From: Psammoneis japonica
Lineage: Eukaryota
DNA length: 64,000 bases
Assembly (NCBI GenBank): GCA_008632985.1
Contig: QPGO01000010.1
Location: 310,001 to 374,000 of the forward strand
Direction: 5' to 3'
Within the stretch, counting starts at the first letter, position 1. Each line of letters opens with the position of its first letter. Made by a program: the position numbers and the translations under genes. This document shows, piece after piece, positions 23,455-35,923 of the stretch. The notes beneath the pieces were generated by a model. That model made no database searches. It saw only the letters and a list, made by a program, of their open reading frames with translations, and was not told the origin of the DNA.

Positions 23455-24483
23455 TCACCCCCTAAAATCAACTCCACTTTTCTCATTACTCCAATGCGTC
23501 CCATTCAACATGACGTCTACGGTGATCTTGGTTGCATGTTTGCAATTCTCCAAAGGATTCTCCTTGGATAGCACTTTGTATTTCAAATCCGCCAATCCAT
23601 TCGTTTTCCACGTTTTCTCGTGCTCTTCCAACGCCTCCCACTTTACCATGCACTTCCACTCCTTGTTTTGCCGAAGAAAGTTCAATTTTTCCTGCAAATC
23701 CATCTCTTCCAAGTCTACAAGTGTCCCAGAAGTAGGAGAATCCCACTTGATTCTATTGATCTCACATCGTTTCTGCATTTCATCGTCTTCGCCACCCCAA
23801 CCCCAAAACGTGTTGGGATAGCCATTGATGCGTTTGTAATCCGAAATTGAAAAGCTAACAACTCCACCAAAGTACTTTGGGTTATTGGAGTATCGATCCC
23901 AAACCCGAGCGATATGCAAAGGACGGGTAGGAAATTGAGCATACCACCGACCCAAGTCCTCTTGCGGCAACAAGTCCACATCATGAAAGATGAAAACATC
24001 GTGTGGGACAGCGAGGCCCTGTTGTTGTCGTGCCAAACGATAGCCAATGTTGAGCAACTTTCCGCGATTGAACTTCCGTTCATCGTTCGATTGTTCTATA
24101 ATGTAAATATGATACTCCGATATGGCTCCCTTGCTCTTGAGATTCCCCAAAAAGTTGTTCATATGGGGAATAAACTGCTTCAGGTGCTTGGCACGATTCT
24201 GAGCCGCATGAAGATCCCGATAAGGAACAATAATAGCAACACTGCTCTTACCAGCCATTTCTTGCTTTTGTTTCTTTTTCGCAGACTCCATTTGCTGTTG
24301 TTGTTCAGAATTACGTTCGGCACGACGCTTGGCCACTTGCGGATCAGCCGCTTCAGATGCGGTTGGAAAATGCCACTGCGTGTGCTTGGTTTCGTTGTGA
24401 AAATAGTAATGACGTTTCTGTGAATTCGAATACCCACGTGACCATCCTGGTGGGAGCTTTTCTTGAGACGATGGCGGCGACAT
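23455..24483 (-). CDS. Glycosyltransferase family 7 (beta-1,4-galactosyltransferase-like) with an N-terminal WW domain
   Basis: GT7 motifs AIIVPYRD, FNRGKLLNIG, FHDVDLLP, YFGGV and NGYPNTFWGWGGEDDE. WW domain LPPGWSRGYS...YYFHNETKHTQWHFP. Confidence 0.9.
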   Translation of the reverse strand: MSPPSSQEKLPPGWSRGYSNSQKRHYYFHNETKHTQWHFPTASEAADPQVAKRRAERNSEQQQQMESAKKKQKQEMAGKSSVAIIVPYRDLHAAQNRAKHLKQFIPHMNNFLGNLKSKGAISEYHIYIIEQSNDERKFNRGKLLNIGYRLARQQQGLAVPHDVFIFHDVDLLPQEDLGRWYAQFPTRPLHIARVWDRYSNNPKYFGGVVSFSISDYKRINGYPNTFWGWGGEDDEMQKRCEINRIKWDSPTSGTLVDLEEMDLQEKLNFLRQNKEWKCMVKWEALEEHEKTWKTNGLADLKYKVLSKENPLENCKHATKITVDVMLNGTHWSNEKSGVDFRG

Positions 24484-24884
24484 GGTGAGAGCAACAAGAA
24501 GAGTAACAATAGCAACGATGTAAAATGGTGTTCAGTGTTGTGGAGCTGTTGAGCGTGGGGAAAACTGTGTGCAGCGAAAGATACCGTGGGAATCTGGAAT
24601 TCGCTCCTCACCGCCATGATGCGTCTACCGGTAGTTTTCGACAAAGCAGCGCGAACAAACGAATCCAGAATGCAATGTCTCCAACTTACTTGATGGTCAA
24701 ATGTCACAGAGCAAAGTAGAGAGCTGGAAAGCCTAATATCGCTTCTCTAGAGAGAGAAGACGAGGACAAAGCAAGCCAGTTTTAACGTGAAGAAACTATC
24801 TATCGGTAAACTAAACAACTAAACCGATTGTTTTTCGTCACGAGACGGAAAGCATAGCCTAGTGTCTAGCCAAGCCAAGAGGTT

Positions 24885-25507
24885 CTATTTCTTGTGTGCG
24901 TTCAAAATGGCAAACTCTTCGTCCCTGTCACGAATCTTTTCCAAGTCTTCTTGCAGTTCTGCTTTGAAGGGTTCGAGCTTCATATCAGGAGCGTAATCCA
25001 TGAGGGATTTGCGTTTAAAGCTCAAGTCAACCGCACGTCGAATGCGACGATCGCGACCAGTAATAACATCGGCATGAGCCAGTTCCATGGCTTCCTGGAC
25101 GTCCTTGCTTTCCTCCATGAGCAAATCTTCATACCTTAAACCTGTGATGAGATTTCAGAACACACAAAAACTGCTGGGTTAGCGCATCTAACATGCGACC
25201 CAGACTTCCAAAAAAGGCTTATTTACACGAAAAGAGTTCACACGTGCTTAAGCATGTACCAGTGTAGCGTTTGTTTCGCTTGACAACATGACAACGCCGT
25301 CATGCCGTATCGGCACTTTTCTGCGTCTCGACAAATCCACGATACGTTGACGTCCGTATGTTTTCTACACAACACACCGCAAAACGCCTCGTGCATTCTG
25401 GATACTATTTTTCACGTACCACTTTGTGCCAGATGCCATGAAAGAGTCTTACGATACATATTGGCAGCAGTTCCCATAGCCTTATCGGCCAACATTCGAA
25501 GCGCCAT
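24885..25507 (-). CDS. QCR7: Cytochrome b-c1 complex subunit 7; exons 25507-25420 and 25141-24885
   Basis: Spliced product MALRMLADKAMGTAANMYRKTLSWHLAQS-G-LRYEDLLMEESKDVQEAM...RDRRIRRAVDLSFKRKSL contains the GLxYDD and RxxRxxRAxDL signatures. Confidence 0.85.
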
Positions 25508-25679
25508 GGTGATGAAGCAGCGACGGTCGCAAACAAACAAACAACACGCGAGAATGGGCGATGACGAACGGTGCCCGACGTTTCTCGTATAGAAATCACG
25601 TACTTTTTACATACTCAGATTTTCAGTACAATCCAAGGTGTACCGCGAAGGGGAGGGTTTGTCGGCTGATGTACAGGCC

Positions 25680-27800
25680 GTGGTCGTGCTGCTCTGCTCT
25701 GTCTGCTGGCACCACAGGGCCCCAGGTGAGAGCGGAGTTTGGCTGCATTGCTTGCTTGTCCACTCTACAGCACTGTCACAGAGTCCTCCAGCAGCACCAG
25801 CAAGGAGGCAGGTGACACCGGCCACCCAGAAAGAAAACACCAGCTTGGGCAAAGCCGTGCACCACGAGTCGTCGAGCATTCGGGGGTCAGCAAGGCACCT
25901 CATTTCTCAAGCCAAGAGAAAGATGTCACTTGCAGACATTGGTGGAGACTGTCTTCTGAAGACATTTAGATGAAGTTGCAAGCTTGAAGCACAGCCACAT
26001 GCATGGCTCCTCTTCTTGCCCTGCTGGTGGCTAAGAGGTGCTGGGGCTCCAGTGTGCCCCAGCTTGGCGGGTGGGATTTTGTGCCGCTGGACTCTGGCGT
26101 TGAATTTTTTTGATTTTTTTGTGTCATTTTGTGTCATTTTGCAGTGCAGCTGTTGGGTGATCCATGCAACAATGACCAACAAGTGATTCTTAGAAGTCTG
26201 CACACACAACATGCACTTAAAAATTTTGAGAGAGAAGAGAGGAGACATTGTTGTGCTGCACAAATTTGCTCATTTGTTTGTGCGCTGATGAACACAAACA
26301 ATGCACCCCGAATTTGCAAGCAGCAGAGAGCTTGTCCACAAAATTGTTCCACATGACCCCGTGTGTCACAAGGAGCACCACCTGTGGGGAGCAGGGGAGG
26401 AGAGAGCAGCCACACCAGAGCTGCTGGCTGGCAAGTCTGGCTGGAGTTAGCAGCTCCTTTGCAGCGTGTCAAATCACTGCCATTTTTGTTGTGGCGTGGA
26501 TTTGTGCTAGAGCAACAAAAAAAATTGACAGCCCAACACTGTCAAAGCTGTGCACACACAGCAGGAGTGGCCTCGACACACACCACCAAAGTGAGCGCCA
26601 AAACAGAAATGTGCAACGAAGCCAGCACATGATCATCTGTCAAGCAAAATCCAGCAGGAGGGAGCAGCAGGTGGCTTGCAGACACCCTTGCCCAATGCAC
26701 AGCAATTCTCACCCAGGCCGCACTCCTGAGTGCAGCACAAAGTTCAAGGAAAGCCTCCTCAAGCAAGCTTTGTGCCTTTGGGAGAACTCATGAGTTTCTG
26801 CGTTAAAGTGAGATCATTTTGGCCAGTCCTGGGAAACTTTGCAGTTTGCACACCAACAGCAAAAGGCAGTGAGCTTCTCTTTGTTGTGAGCATGAAATCA
26901 TCTTGGGGGCATTGGGGAGGGCTCAGAAGAAAGCAAAAACATGGCTCAAGTTTTTGCCACAAATTTTGGTGCCTTTTGCCCACTTTCAAGGCTCTTCTAT
27001 GAGCAAACCCAGTGCAGGGCTAAACTCCAACCAATGGAGCTTGAGGAAAGCAATGTGAGAGTGTGCACCCTTTGCCTTGCAAGTGCCAATGTTGGACTCA
27101 ACAAGTTGAAAAGTTGTCAGTGTGCTGTTCCTCCACAGCTGTGTGGGCGCCAAGCAACTCACATTGAAGCTGGGAGTCTGTGCTGCAGCTCATGACATGA
27201 CAAATGGCACCACATGTGAGAGTTGTGACCCCTTCAAATCAACTTCACAACTCACCTTCAACTTCACCTCAGTCAGAGTGCCATTGTTTTCTTTTTTCAT
27301 CCAGTTTTTTGCTCCTTGAGAGTTTTGACAAGGCTTTTGGCAGCTTCATGTGCAGCTTTCTTGGCATCACAACCACACAGATGCTGGCTTTGTTCCACCA
27401 CTTGACATTGTGCTCATTTAGTTTGTGAAACATTGTCTTGGCAGATGTCACAAAGATGCTGCTTGTGTGGGGGCATCAGCAGGCAGGTTCTTTCAGCAAA
27501 TCAGAGCAGCTGCAGCTGAGATGCTTTTGCAACTTGTCACAGAGCTGGTCTTCCACAAGCAACTTTTTCCTTCCTAAAAAGCTCAAGTTGTTCTTGGTTG
27601 TCTCCACCCTTCAACCATGATTGTGATGCCCTTGCAGTTGGCGGCTTCAACAAACAATGCTCCTCAGCATTCACCGTCTTCTTCAGAAGCACTCAGTGCA
27701 GCTGTGTGTCCAACTGCACTTGCTCTTCCTCAGCTGGAGGAGAGCTCTAAAAGTCAAATGAAGCCAACCCTTTTTGGTGGGCTTTTGTTGCCATCAGCAA
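25680..27800. other. TpA- and CpG-depleted block B (unclassified decayed TE)
   Basis: Same composition as block A, sitting between two normal genes. Most residual TpA are in TTAG/CTAA/TTAA/CTAG. No domain or terminal repeat recognised. Confidence 0.8.
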
Positions 27801-28272
27801 CGGGCTACTACAGTGGGCCCTGCAGCTGCCAGCAGCTGACAACTGGCCAAGAGAGCACTCAAGCAATTTTGTCGGGATGGTTCTTCGTGCACAGCAAACA
27901 GAAGGACACGCTGCTTGTCGTTCGACAGTTGCTGGTATTTTCGAGGTCATATTGAACATCTTTAGAGACTAGCTGCGCATAATATTTCTAGCTGAGAGTG
28001 GAGATTCGGTCACGTTGCGTGATTGTCCGCTCTACGTTAGGGCAAACAGGCTAGAAAGTTTTTGCGTTGCGACGGTTTTTCGTTCGTGCATCGCGCGGCT
28101 ACAAGACATAAATTGGTGTCATACAGTTCAACTGTCTTTTGCTCTTTGGTTTTCAAGAGGTCTTACACCGCATTTCAATCAACACATTTTTTTATTGAAA
28201 AGCAACAACAAAGTGAACCCGTCAACATTAATGTAATGGTAGTATGAAAACCCTCACTCTCTACAGTTGCAT

Positions 28273-29436
28273 TCAGCTCGCACTCTTTTCTATGTCTGGA
28301 CCTCCAGAAGCCAATGATGCATTCACTTGATCTTGAATGCCTCCAGCGGCGGTGTCTTGATCCTCTTGACCAACATCGCCTTGACCACTATGATGATGAA
28401 GCCGATCTTTCACGTGAGATGCAAAGTGACCGTGTTTTCGAATATGTGATTTTCGATGCTCCCGTTCAATCTCTGCCACAATGGTAGCTGAGTCGTCTTT
28501 GATTTTCCGGATGGATTCTGTATCAGGAATCTCAATGTTGTTTTCTTTGAGAATTTCCTCCAATTCTTCCGTGTAGGCCAACAAGTCTTGATACTTTTCG
28601 TGAGACACCTCTACGACAACCTCGACAATCCCATGCCCAATCCGCACAAAGCGCCACAGACGCGCAATAATCAAAAGCCCAAAGACGGTCTGTAACGTCT
28701 CTTCGCTCAAGGTCTTAAGCAAGATTTCAAACACCAAACTGACCGTAACCACCACATAGTCCAGTGCGTAAAAGAATTGAAGAAAGAAGATTTTCGGCGT
28801 CAATGCAGCCATTGTAATGTTGAGCTCGATAAAGAAGATGGATAAAATGACAATGGTACAGATAAACAAGGCATTCTCTGCCGTATGCACATTATGCCAC
28901 TTGTGCGGATCACAGCCAGCTTCGTTGTCATAGTTTGGTTCCGCGTTCATATCGGAACAAATGTCATCATGCCCCGTACTCGCGAGCCATCGGTGTTGTT
29001 CATCATTCTCCGCATGATTGGATTCTACTGGACAGCATGAAACGGCATCACGCTGTATCGTACGACAGGAAGGATACGCTGCCAACAAGAAGAGTTCTGT
29101 AAACAAAATGATCACATCCAAAAGCAACAGCAACAGCAGCGTTCTCTGTACTTTTTTGGTATGCAAAAAGGCCAACACCTTGTACCGCCACGAGTCCTTT
29201 CCGTGTACTTCATCGACGTGTTCTTGTGCACCAACGTTGGTGGGAATATTCCAATTCGCTCCTCGGGTTGACAAGCGTCCCTGCAGGGATGGGCGGGGCG
29301 GCATGGATATTGTTGTCGTTGTTGGAATGGGAGCGCTCTGAGTCCGACGGCCCAACAATACACTCCTGCCATTCAGATTGTCACTGCTTTTCTGTTCTGG
29401 CGGGAGTTCTTCATCAAGCTCGGCTATTTTAGACAT
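28273..29436 (-). CDS. HVCN1: Voltage-gated proton channel (Hv1 family)
   Basis: Four TM segments, an S1 Asp (LLLLDVII), the S4 signature RLWRFVR (RxWRxxR), no pore domain, and a coiled/His-rich C-terminus. Confidence 0.85.
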   Translation of the reverse strand: MSKIAELDEELPPEQKSSDNLNGRSVLLGRRTQSAPIPTTTTISMPPRPSLQGRLSTRGANWNIPTNVGAQEHVDEVHGKDSWRYKVLAFLHTKKVQRTLLLLLLLDVIILFTELFLLAAYPSCRTIQRDAVSCCPVESNHAENDEQHRWLASTGHDDICSDMNAEPNYDNEAGCDPHKWHNVHTAENALFICTIVILSIFFIELNITMAALTPKIFFLQFFYALDYVVVTVSLVFEILLKTLSEETLQTVFGLLIIARLWRFVRIGHGIVEVVVEVSHEKYQDLLAYTEELEEILKENNIEIPDTESIRKIKDDSATIVAEIEREHRKSHIRKHGHFASHVKDRLHHHSGQGDVGQEDQDTAAGGIQDQVNASLASGGPDIEKSAS

Positions 29437-29917
29437 GGCTCAGCAAAGAATACTCGCGATTTGCGCGTGAATAACAATTCTTTGAGTTCGGATCTGCTCG
29501 TTTCTCAATCAATTTGAACTTCTCTCTAGAGCATAGCCGTTCGTGTATCTGTATTGGAGTCAGCTATTACTTTCGGTTGCTTTCAATGGATCTTTTGACT
29601 GCGACACCCGCTACAAAATACTCCTAAAAGGTAAGAATGAAACGGCACGTTCCATCATTGTGTTCGACGAATTTTCTGCAGGGTCAGAATTCCCGGTGCC
29701 GGTACGGCAGACAGCAAGACGTTGGATGGAAGTCCTCCCGTCTGTCCATCAGCCCGTCTGAGACTTTGCACTTCATCATCCATCATCATCTTCTGCCCGC
29801 ACACAATGATGACGGCGAGAGTTATTGTTGCTGTAGAGAAAGACCAGTGGCAGCATTAGCTACAGCGTTGTTTGAATTTTCTCGTTTATCATCCCATAAG
29901 TCAATACTTGACCGACA

Positions 29918-32900
29918 ATGTCAGCACCTCCCGTTCTGGATATACAAGTGTTGGAACTCGTCACGGCGCTTTCCGATGCCAACAACCACGATTTACATGT
30001 GCAGGCTATTCGTGCTCGAGATGCCGCATTTTCCGCATCTGTCGAGTCCTATGGGAATCTCTGTGTACAATTGGCTCTCTTGATGCAACACTGTGACAAT
30101 CCTACGCAAATGGTGGAATATCTGAAGCAAAAAGATCCGTCTGAATTAACGTCGTGGCAAAACCAAGTCGGAGCGAGTGGGTGGGAACAGCTGGTGAACG
30201 GAGACGGTCAAGCGTGGACTGTAGTTGGACAATTGGCGGGGCTTATATTGAAACGGGCGCTGCTCAATCCGCCACCGCTGGCAGATCAACAACACCGCAT
30301 ACTGCACTTGGTGGCGCCGTTTTCAGATCAAGTCAAGGATTTCCTTTTGAATTCGGGCTTGGCGTGTCGGTCTGTCGAATTGAGGAGTGTTGTAACATCC
30401 ATCATTGCCACTACAGCAGTCTCGCACAACTCTGTACAACCGACAATGGCAATAGAACAGTGGCCCCAACTCATGCCTACGTTGTTACAAAATTTGCAAC
30501 AAAATCAGGATGCAAACAAAGTGGACGCGTCTCTGGAAACGATTCGGAAAATGATGGAGGATGGGCCTTCGGAAATACCTACTCCTCAATTGGATGAGTT
30601 GGTGCCGGTCCTTATGCACTTTTTTCAATCGCCAGAGGAAAAACACAAGGTCTCGGTTCTTGAAGCCATGGTGTCGTGTATGGATGAAGGAATCATGCCC
30701 AATGCGTTGATTGCCAATTTTGACTCGTATCTCGGCCAGCTTTCCGCCTTGGCGTCTGATCCTTCGCAGCAGGTGCGAAAATGGGTGTGTCGGTCCATTG
30801 TTACATTGTACGTATAGATATGTTTCTGTGATTTGCTGCTGTATGGATATGAATTGCATCGTCTCATCGCCTTGCCATACTCTTTTCAACTTGACAGATT
30901 GGTCTTGAGAACAGAATACATTGAACCCCACATGGACGCCATTGGACAATTCTTCTTGACAAGCACTGCGGGTGTGGCGCAAGAGCAAGTGGCACTCGAG
31001 GCTTGTGAGTTTTGGCTGACCTTTACCACTCTTGAAGACGATGGCCTTACCCCCGCCATGATTACTGTCGTGCAAAATTTGTTGCCGCAGCTCGTCCCGA
31101 CTCTACTTCGCGGCATGGTGTATTCGGCTAGTCAACAAGAAGATTTGATGTTTCAGAATGAATTAGAAGCGAGTACCAAGCAACGACAAGAAGTCAACAA
31201 GCCAGTATTCCACAAGACGAAAAACAAGCACGGCAATGAAGAGCCCGACTCGGATGAAGATGACAGCGATATTGAATTTGATGACGACGACAATGAGTGG
31301 TCGTTAAGGAAATGCTGTGCGGCCAGTTTGGATTCACTTTCAACCATGTATGGGCCAGACTCGATACTCCCGGCTTTTTTACCAGCACTCAAAGAGGGAC
31401 TCAGCCATTCGGACGTTTGGGTTCAAGAAGCATCGGTTCTCGCGCTAGGTGCCATTGCGGATGGTTGTCGAATGGAAATGTACCCTCACATGGGACAGTT
31501 ATATCCGTATTTGCTGCAAATATTGGCTGGGCAAGACTCTGCTAGTCAGAACTCTGCAGAGAAGACTGCTGATACGTTACCCCAACTCAAAATCATTGCT
31601 GCATGGACGCTTGGCCGGTATGCCTCTTGGGCTGTCCTTCAAGTTCAATCCGGACAACAAGGGCATTTGCTGGCTACCATGACGGAAGTACTCATGGCTC
31701 GACTTGACGATCCGAATCGCAAGGTTCAAAGCGCATCGTGCTCGGCGTTTGGAGTCTTGGTTGAGTCGGCGGGTGATTTACTTGTGCCTTACTTGGAACC
31801 CATCTATCAACACTTGGTGGCTGCCATGAATAAATCTCAAGGCAAGTTGCTGCTTGTTATCTTTGATACTATTGGCGTCATGGCGGACTTTGTCGGGCCG
31901 GCCATTGGCGAAGGCAATCTACCAGCAATTTATATTCCGCCCTTGCTTCGGTTGTGGAATGACATCGCAACCAATTTTGGTCCGTCCGATCGGACCATGT
32001 TGCCACTCATGGAGAGCCTTGCCAGTATTTCCTTGGTTTGCGGTGTAAACTTCCAGCCGTACGCACTGGAAACCTTTGAAATGTGCATGTCCATCATTGA
32101 AACCATGACACACGAAGGAACCTTTATTTTCGATGATGAAGAAGCGGATCCAATTGTGTGCGCGAGCGACTTGTTGGACGGTATGGTGGAGGGCCTACAG
32201 ACCAACTTTGCGACGCTCGTTTCGAGCAGTACCCGATGCGGACCACAATTTAGCAGTATCTTGCACACTCTCGCTAGCCATCAAGTGCCCAATGTTCGCA
32301 TGAGCGCCTTTGCTCTCGTTGGAGATTTGGCCGTACAATGTCCTTCCGTGCTCGAACCAGCTCTTCCGTTGGTACTCAAGGAGGCTGTCGAATGTTTGGA
32401 CACCATGCACCCTGGTGTTTGCAACAACGCGGTATGGGCAGTTGGAGAGATCTGCGTCCGATGCGTCAATAATCCTAAACCAATGGAACCCTTTGCACCA
32501 GCACTTCTTCAGAAAATGATTGGGCTTCTCATGGGTAACGCATCAGGTATCAGTGGCTATTCGACTTCGGTGGGAGTTACAGAGAACACTGCGGCCGCCA
32601 TGGGGCGGCTCTCGAAAGTGAATCCGAATTTTGTAGCGGCCGACTTGCCGCGGTTCTTGGTGGGATGGTGAGTACTAATTACCACTGGTCTAGACGCTTG
32701 GCAGAAGGTTGCTCTCTTTTTCGTTATTTTTACAAACCGGATTTCTTCTTTATTTTCTTGTCCGTTTTCAGGTGTGATGGTATTGCAAAAATCTCCGATC
32801 CCAAGGAACGTCACGACGGCTTTGAAGGATTCCTATTAGCATTGCACGCAAACCCTCAAGCGATTCAGACCGCGTCTGCAGACATTGTAGGCACAGTAAC

Positions 32901-33141
32901 ATCCATTTTGTTTGCCATTGTTTCTTGGCACGTACCTCCGGATGGCAACGATCATCATGTCCATGTAAGCCAGTACAATTTTCGGCCATTTCCTGCCCAC
33001 GAAGCGGAACTGCAGCAGTCCTTGGGGAAGCTCCTCCATGAAATCAAGAACTCGCTGAGTGGCCAAGACGCTTGGGATACAATCTATCAGCAAATGCCTG
33101 TCAATGTGAGACGGCTCCTTCAAGAAACATATCAATTGTGA
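29918..33141 (+). CDS. TNPO1: Transportin-1 (importin beta-2/karyopherin); exons 29918-30807, 30898-32667, 32772-33141
   Basis: HEAT repeats; VALEACEFW; acidic loop followed by EWSLRKCCAASLDSLS; EASVLALGAIADGC; VCNNAVWAVGEI; ENTAAAMGRL. Two GT-AG introns preserve the frame. Confidence 0.9.
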
Positions 33142-33269
33142 GTACTAGTATGGATCGTCGCGCCAAGATATTGTAGATGGTACGGCTAAAGTTATGTAAG
33201 AGTATTTTACGGGAATTATTCTCTAACAGAATACTTTAGATATTCAGAGAGCTACATTTTGTTTTGCTT

Positions 33270-34966
33270 TTATTCCTCTTGGTCTGAACTCTCAATGGGT
33301 TCAAGGCCGCTATGCGTCGAATTGCCTAAGCTATTAGTTTCTTGGTTTGGTATCTCATCGGTGCCATCAACTGGTGCGAAGAACTCAGAAGTACTGGCAA
33401 TGGCATCGCTTGGCCTCGACGACCGCTGCTTTTTGCGTTTTCGTGGTTTGGAATTCATGGTGTCAATACTCGATATCGAACCCGCATGTTGTGGCGACAA
33501 AGAGTCATAGTGCGGCAGCGGCTTGTCGGCTATACTTTTGATTGAGGTATTGTGCTCTGCAGTTCTTGGCATAACATCAACGTCGTGAAACATATTCAAA
33601 TCAACTAGAATCTTGTCATTCTCAATGTGAAGGCATGGTCGAAATCCTGCATCGGAATGCCATACGATATCTTCAATGCGATACGATTGCAAAGCCTGAA
33701 AGGTCCCGGACACTTTTGTGTAGCGACAGCGAATACAAGAGGTTGAGAATTTCTGTGCAATGCAACACACTTAGTCGTTTGACTGCACTTACTCAGTGGA
33801 TCGATGGCTTCAAACACACAAATTACTTCCGACACATTGTCCTCAAAATATTTGCGCAAGACCTTGACATCCCGAATCGGTTCTAGTTCTCGCTTCATTT
33901 CTTCGCAGTCTTTGTCCTTCAATTCCAAATGAGTTCCCTTAGGCGGATATTCGTCTTTTTCTTCGACAATTTTCTGAAAATTGACATGTTTCATCCAGCG
34001 CTCGTAGGTTCCGTATGATTCACCACACACTGGGCATATCACCTCCTCTCTGCTTGCAGTCGGCGAGTCTGACTGACGCAGCATGAGTCCTGATTGCAAC
34101 ACAGGTGGTAGGCTCGTGTCATGGGGATGGAGCAGACTGTAAAGGTCGATATGGTGAGAAACTACCGTTGGCCAACTGCAAAAGAGCATTGCACCAAGTT
34201 CATCGTCAGGTTGCAAAATTCGAAGAGGTCTAGGAACGGGACGGTCCTTCAAAACAACATACAACCGAACATGTGCTTCCACCACAGGGTGTTCCGCATC
34301 AGCGTCGTAAATCCGAACTTGGAACCTCACTTGTTCTGACTCGGGATGATATGATACAACTGCTTTCGACGAATAGACGACCTGATTCCCTCGAGCATCG
34401 CATTTGGAAATCCCAGAATACAGAAAAGCGAAAAGAAATGCATTGAACAGCATACTCCAGACCATCTGGAAGTAAATGACGACCTGCAAACCTGGGCAGT
34501 TCTCGAAAAAGGCATTGGTGCCGCTCGGTAATCCGTATCCTACGGTGGTACAAGTTTCAAGAGAAAAGGCGAACGAGGCGCCAAACTCAATGGGATCGCC
34601 TGCCGCTCCCAGTCCACACTCCAATTGAGGATCTCGATGATCGACGGCTTCGTAAATAAGAGCGAAAAATATAAGCATCAGAGTCCAAATGATGAGAAGA
34701 CCAAGCATTGATTGATAAATAGGTAGACGCAATAGTACGTGGAACATATCATGGCGAAGGAGTCTAAATATCTGCCAACCAAGGTTGTGTTTCACAGAGA
34801 TCCGGTTTTGGGACTGCTTGAACGGCAGAGTTCGGGGAACTAGTCGTGGTAGATCTGGTATCTTTGCTTCCTCAAGTGTTACCACATGGTGATCAGGTGG
34901 AGGCGGTGCCAAATCCATGAATGCACCCGAGGAGTCATTCCTCTGAGTCGGTTCCGTCATCGTCAT
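33270..34966 (-). CDS. Inward-rectifier potassium channel (Kir family); exons 34966-33793 and 33712-33270
   Basis: FAFSLETCTTVGYG selectivity filter, two TM helices, and cytoplasmic-domain motifs YSSKAVV, VSHHIDLYSLLH and SGTFQALQSY...IVW. The intron (gtaagt...aag) joins DPLM-SGTF. Confidence 0.85.
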
Positions 34967-35923
34967 TGTGTTCTCGTTGCGTTGTGTGCGGGTTGTCGTT
35001 TTTTTGAAAACTTTGCTCTGACGTCAGCTGAAGACCCACGCACAGACGGATGGACGGATAGATGCATGCAGAAAGAGCGGTCCGTCCGTCTGTCGGTCTC
35101 TCGGTGATCGATTGATTGCCCGGCTCTCTCTACTTCTAGCTCTAGCTCTCTCTAGAGAGTAGAGAGAGAGTAGAGTACTCTACTGTACTAGCTCTAGAGC
35201 TAGAGTTTGCAAAACATAGTCGGATGCAATGCGATGTGCGATGTGGCCTTGATCCAAACCCTTGGTTTCGAGTGAACGCACCTAAAACTAAAACTTTGTT
35301 GAAACTTTGGTGGGATCATGAGCTTGGATTCAGAAGATACTTGGCTACTGTTTCTCTCTACTTCTCTCTCTCTCTCTCTCGAACGAACGATCAAACTCTC
35401 TCTAGGGAGATAGAATTCGTAGACCGCAGCTCACAAGCTAGTGAATAAGCTTCTTTCTGTGCAGGAAGTGAGCTTGCCATCAGAAGATGCTAGACTACTC
35501 TTTCTCTATACTGCTCTCTCTCACTCTCTAGGAAGAGAGAATTCGTAGACCGCAGCTCGATTCTTACTGTACTGTAGTAGCTACGGTACGGTAGAGAGTA
35601 GCATAGTCTCTCTCTAGCAGCGGGCAGGGAGTCGACGCAAATAGTAGACTAGGGACACTCTAGAGCAAATTCTTACAGTTTTTTAATGTCAATAGCTGAT
35701 GTGTTTCGATTCCTAAAGTGAATGTTAGACATGACGAAGCCTAGAGTAGACTTTTCGTTTTAACTACACGTGTCATGCCTTTTAAAGTTCGTGTACATGG
35801 TAAAAAGTGTGAGAATCATGGGGTGTATGTTAACCAGTGCGCGCTCATGATTTCACAGACTTGGGGACGCACACGTCTCAGGTCGGCAGCAAAGTTTGCC
35901 AACGTGAGCGTGCGCATCGCGTG

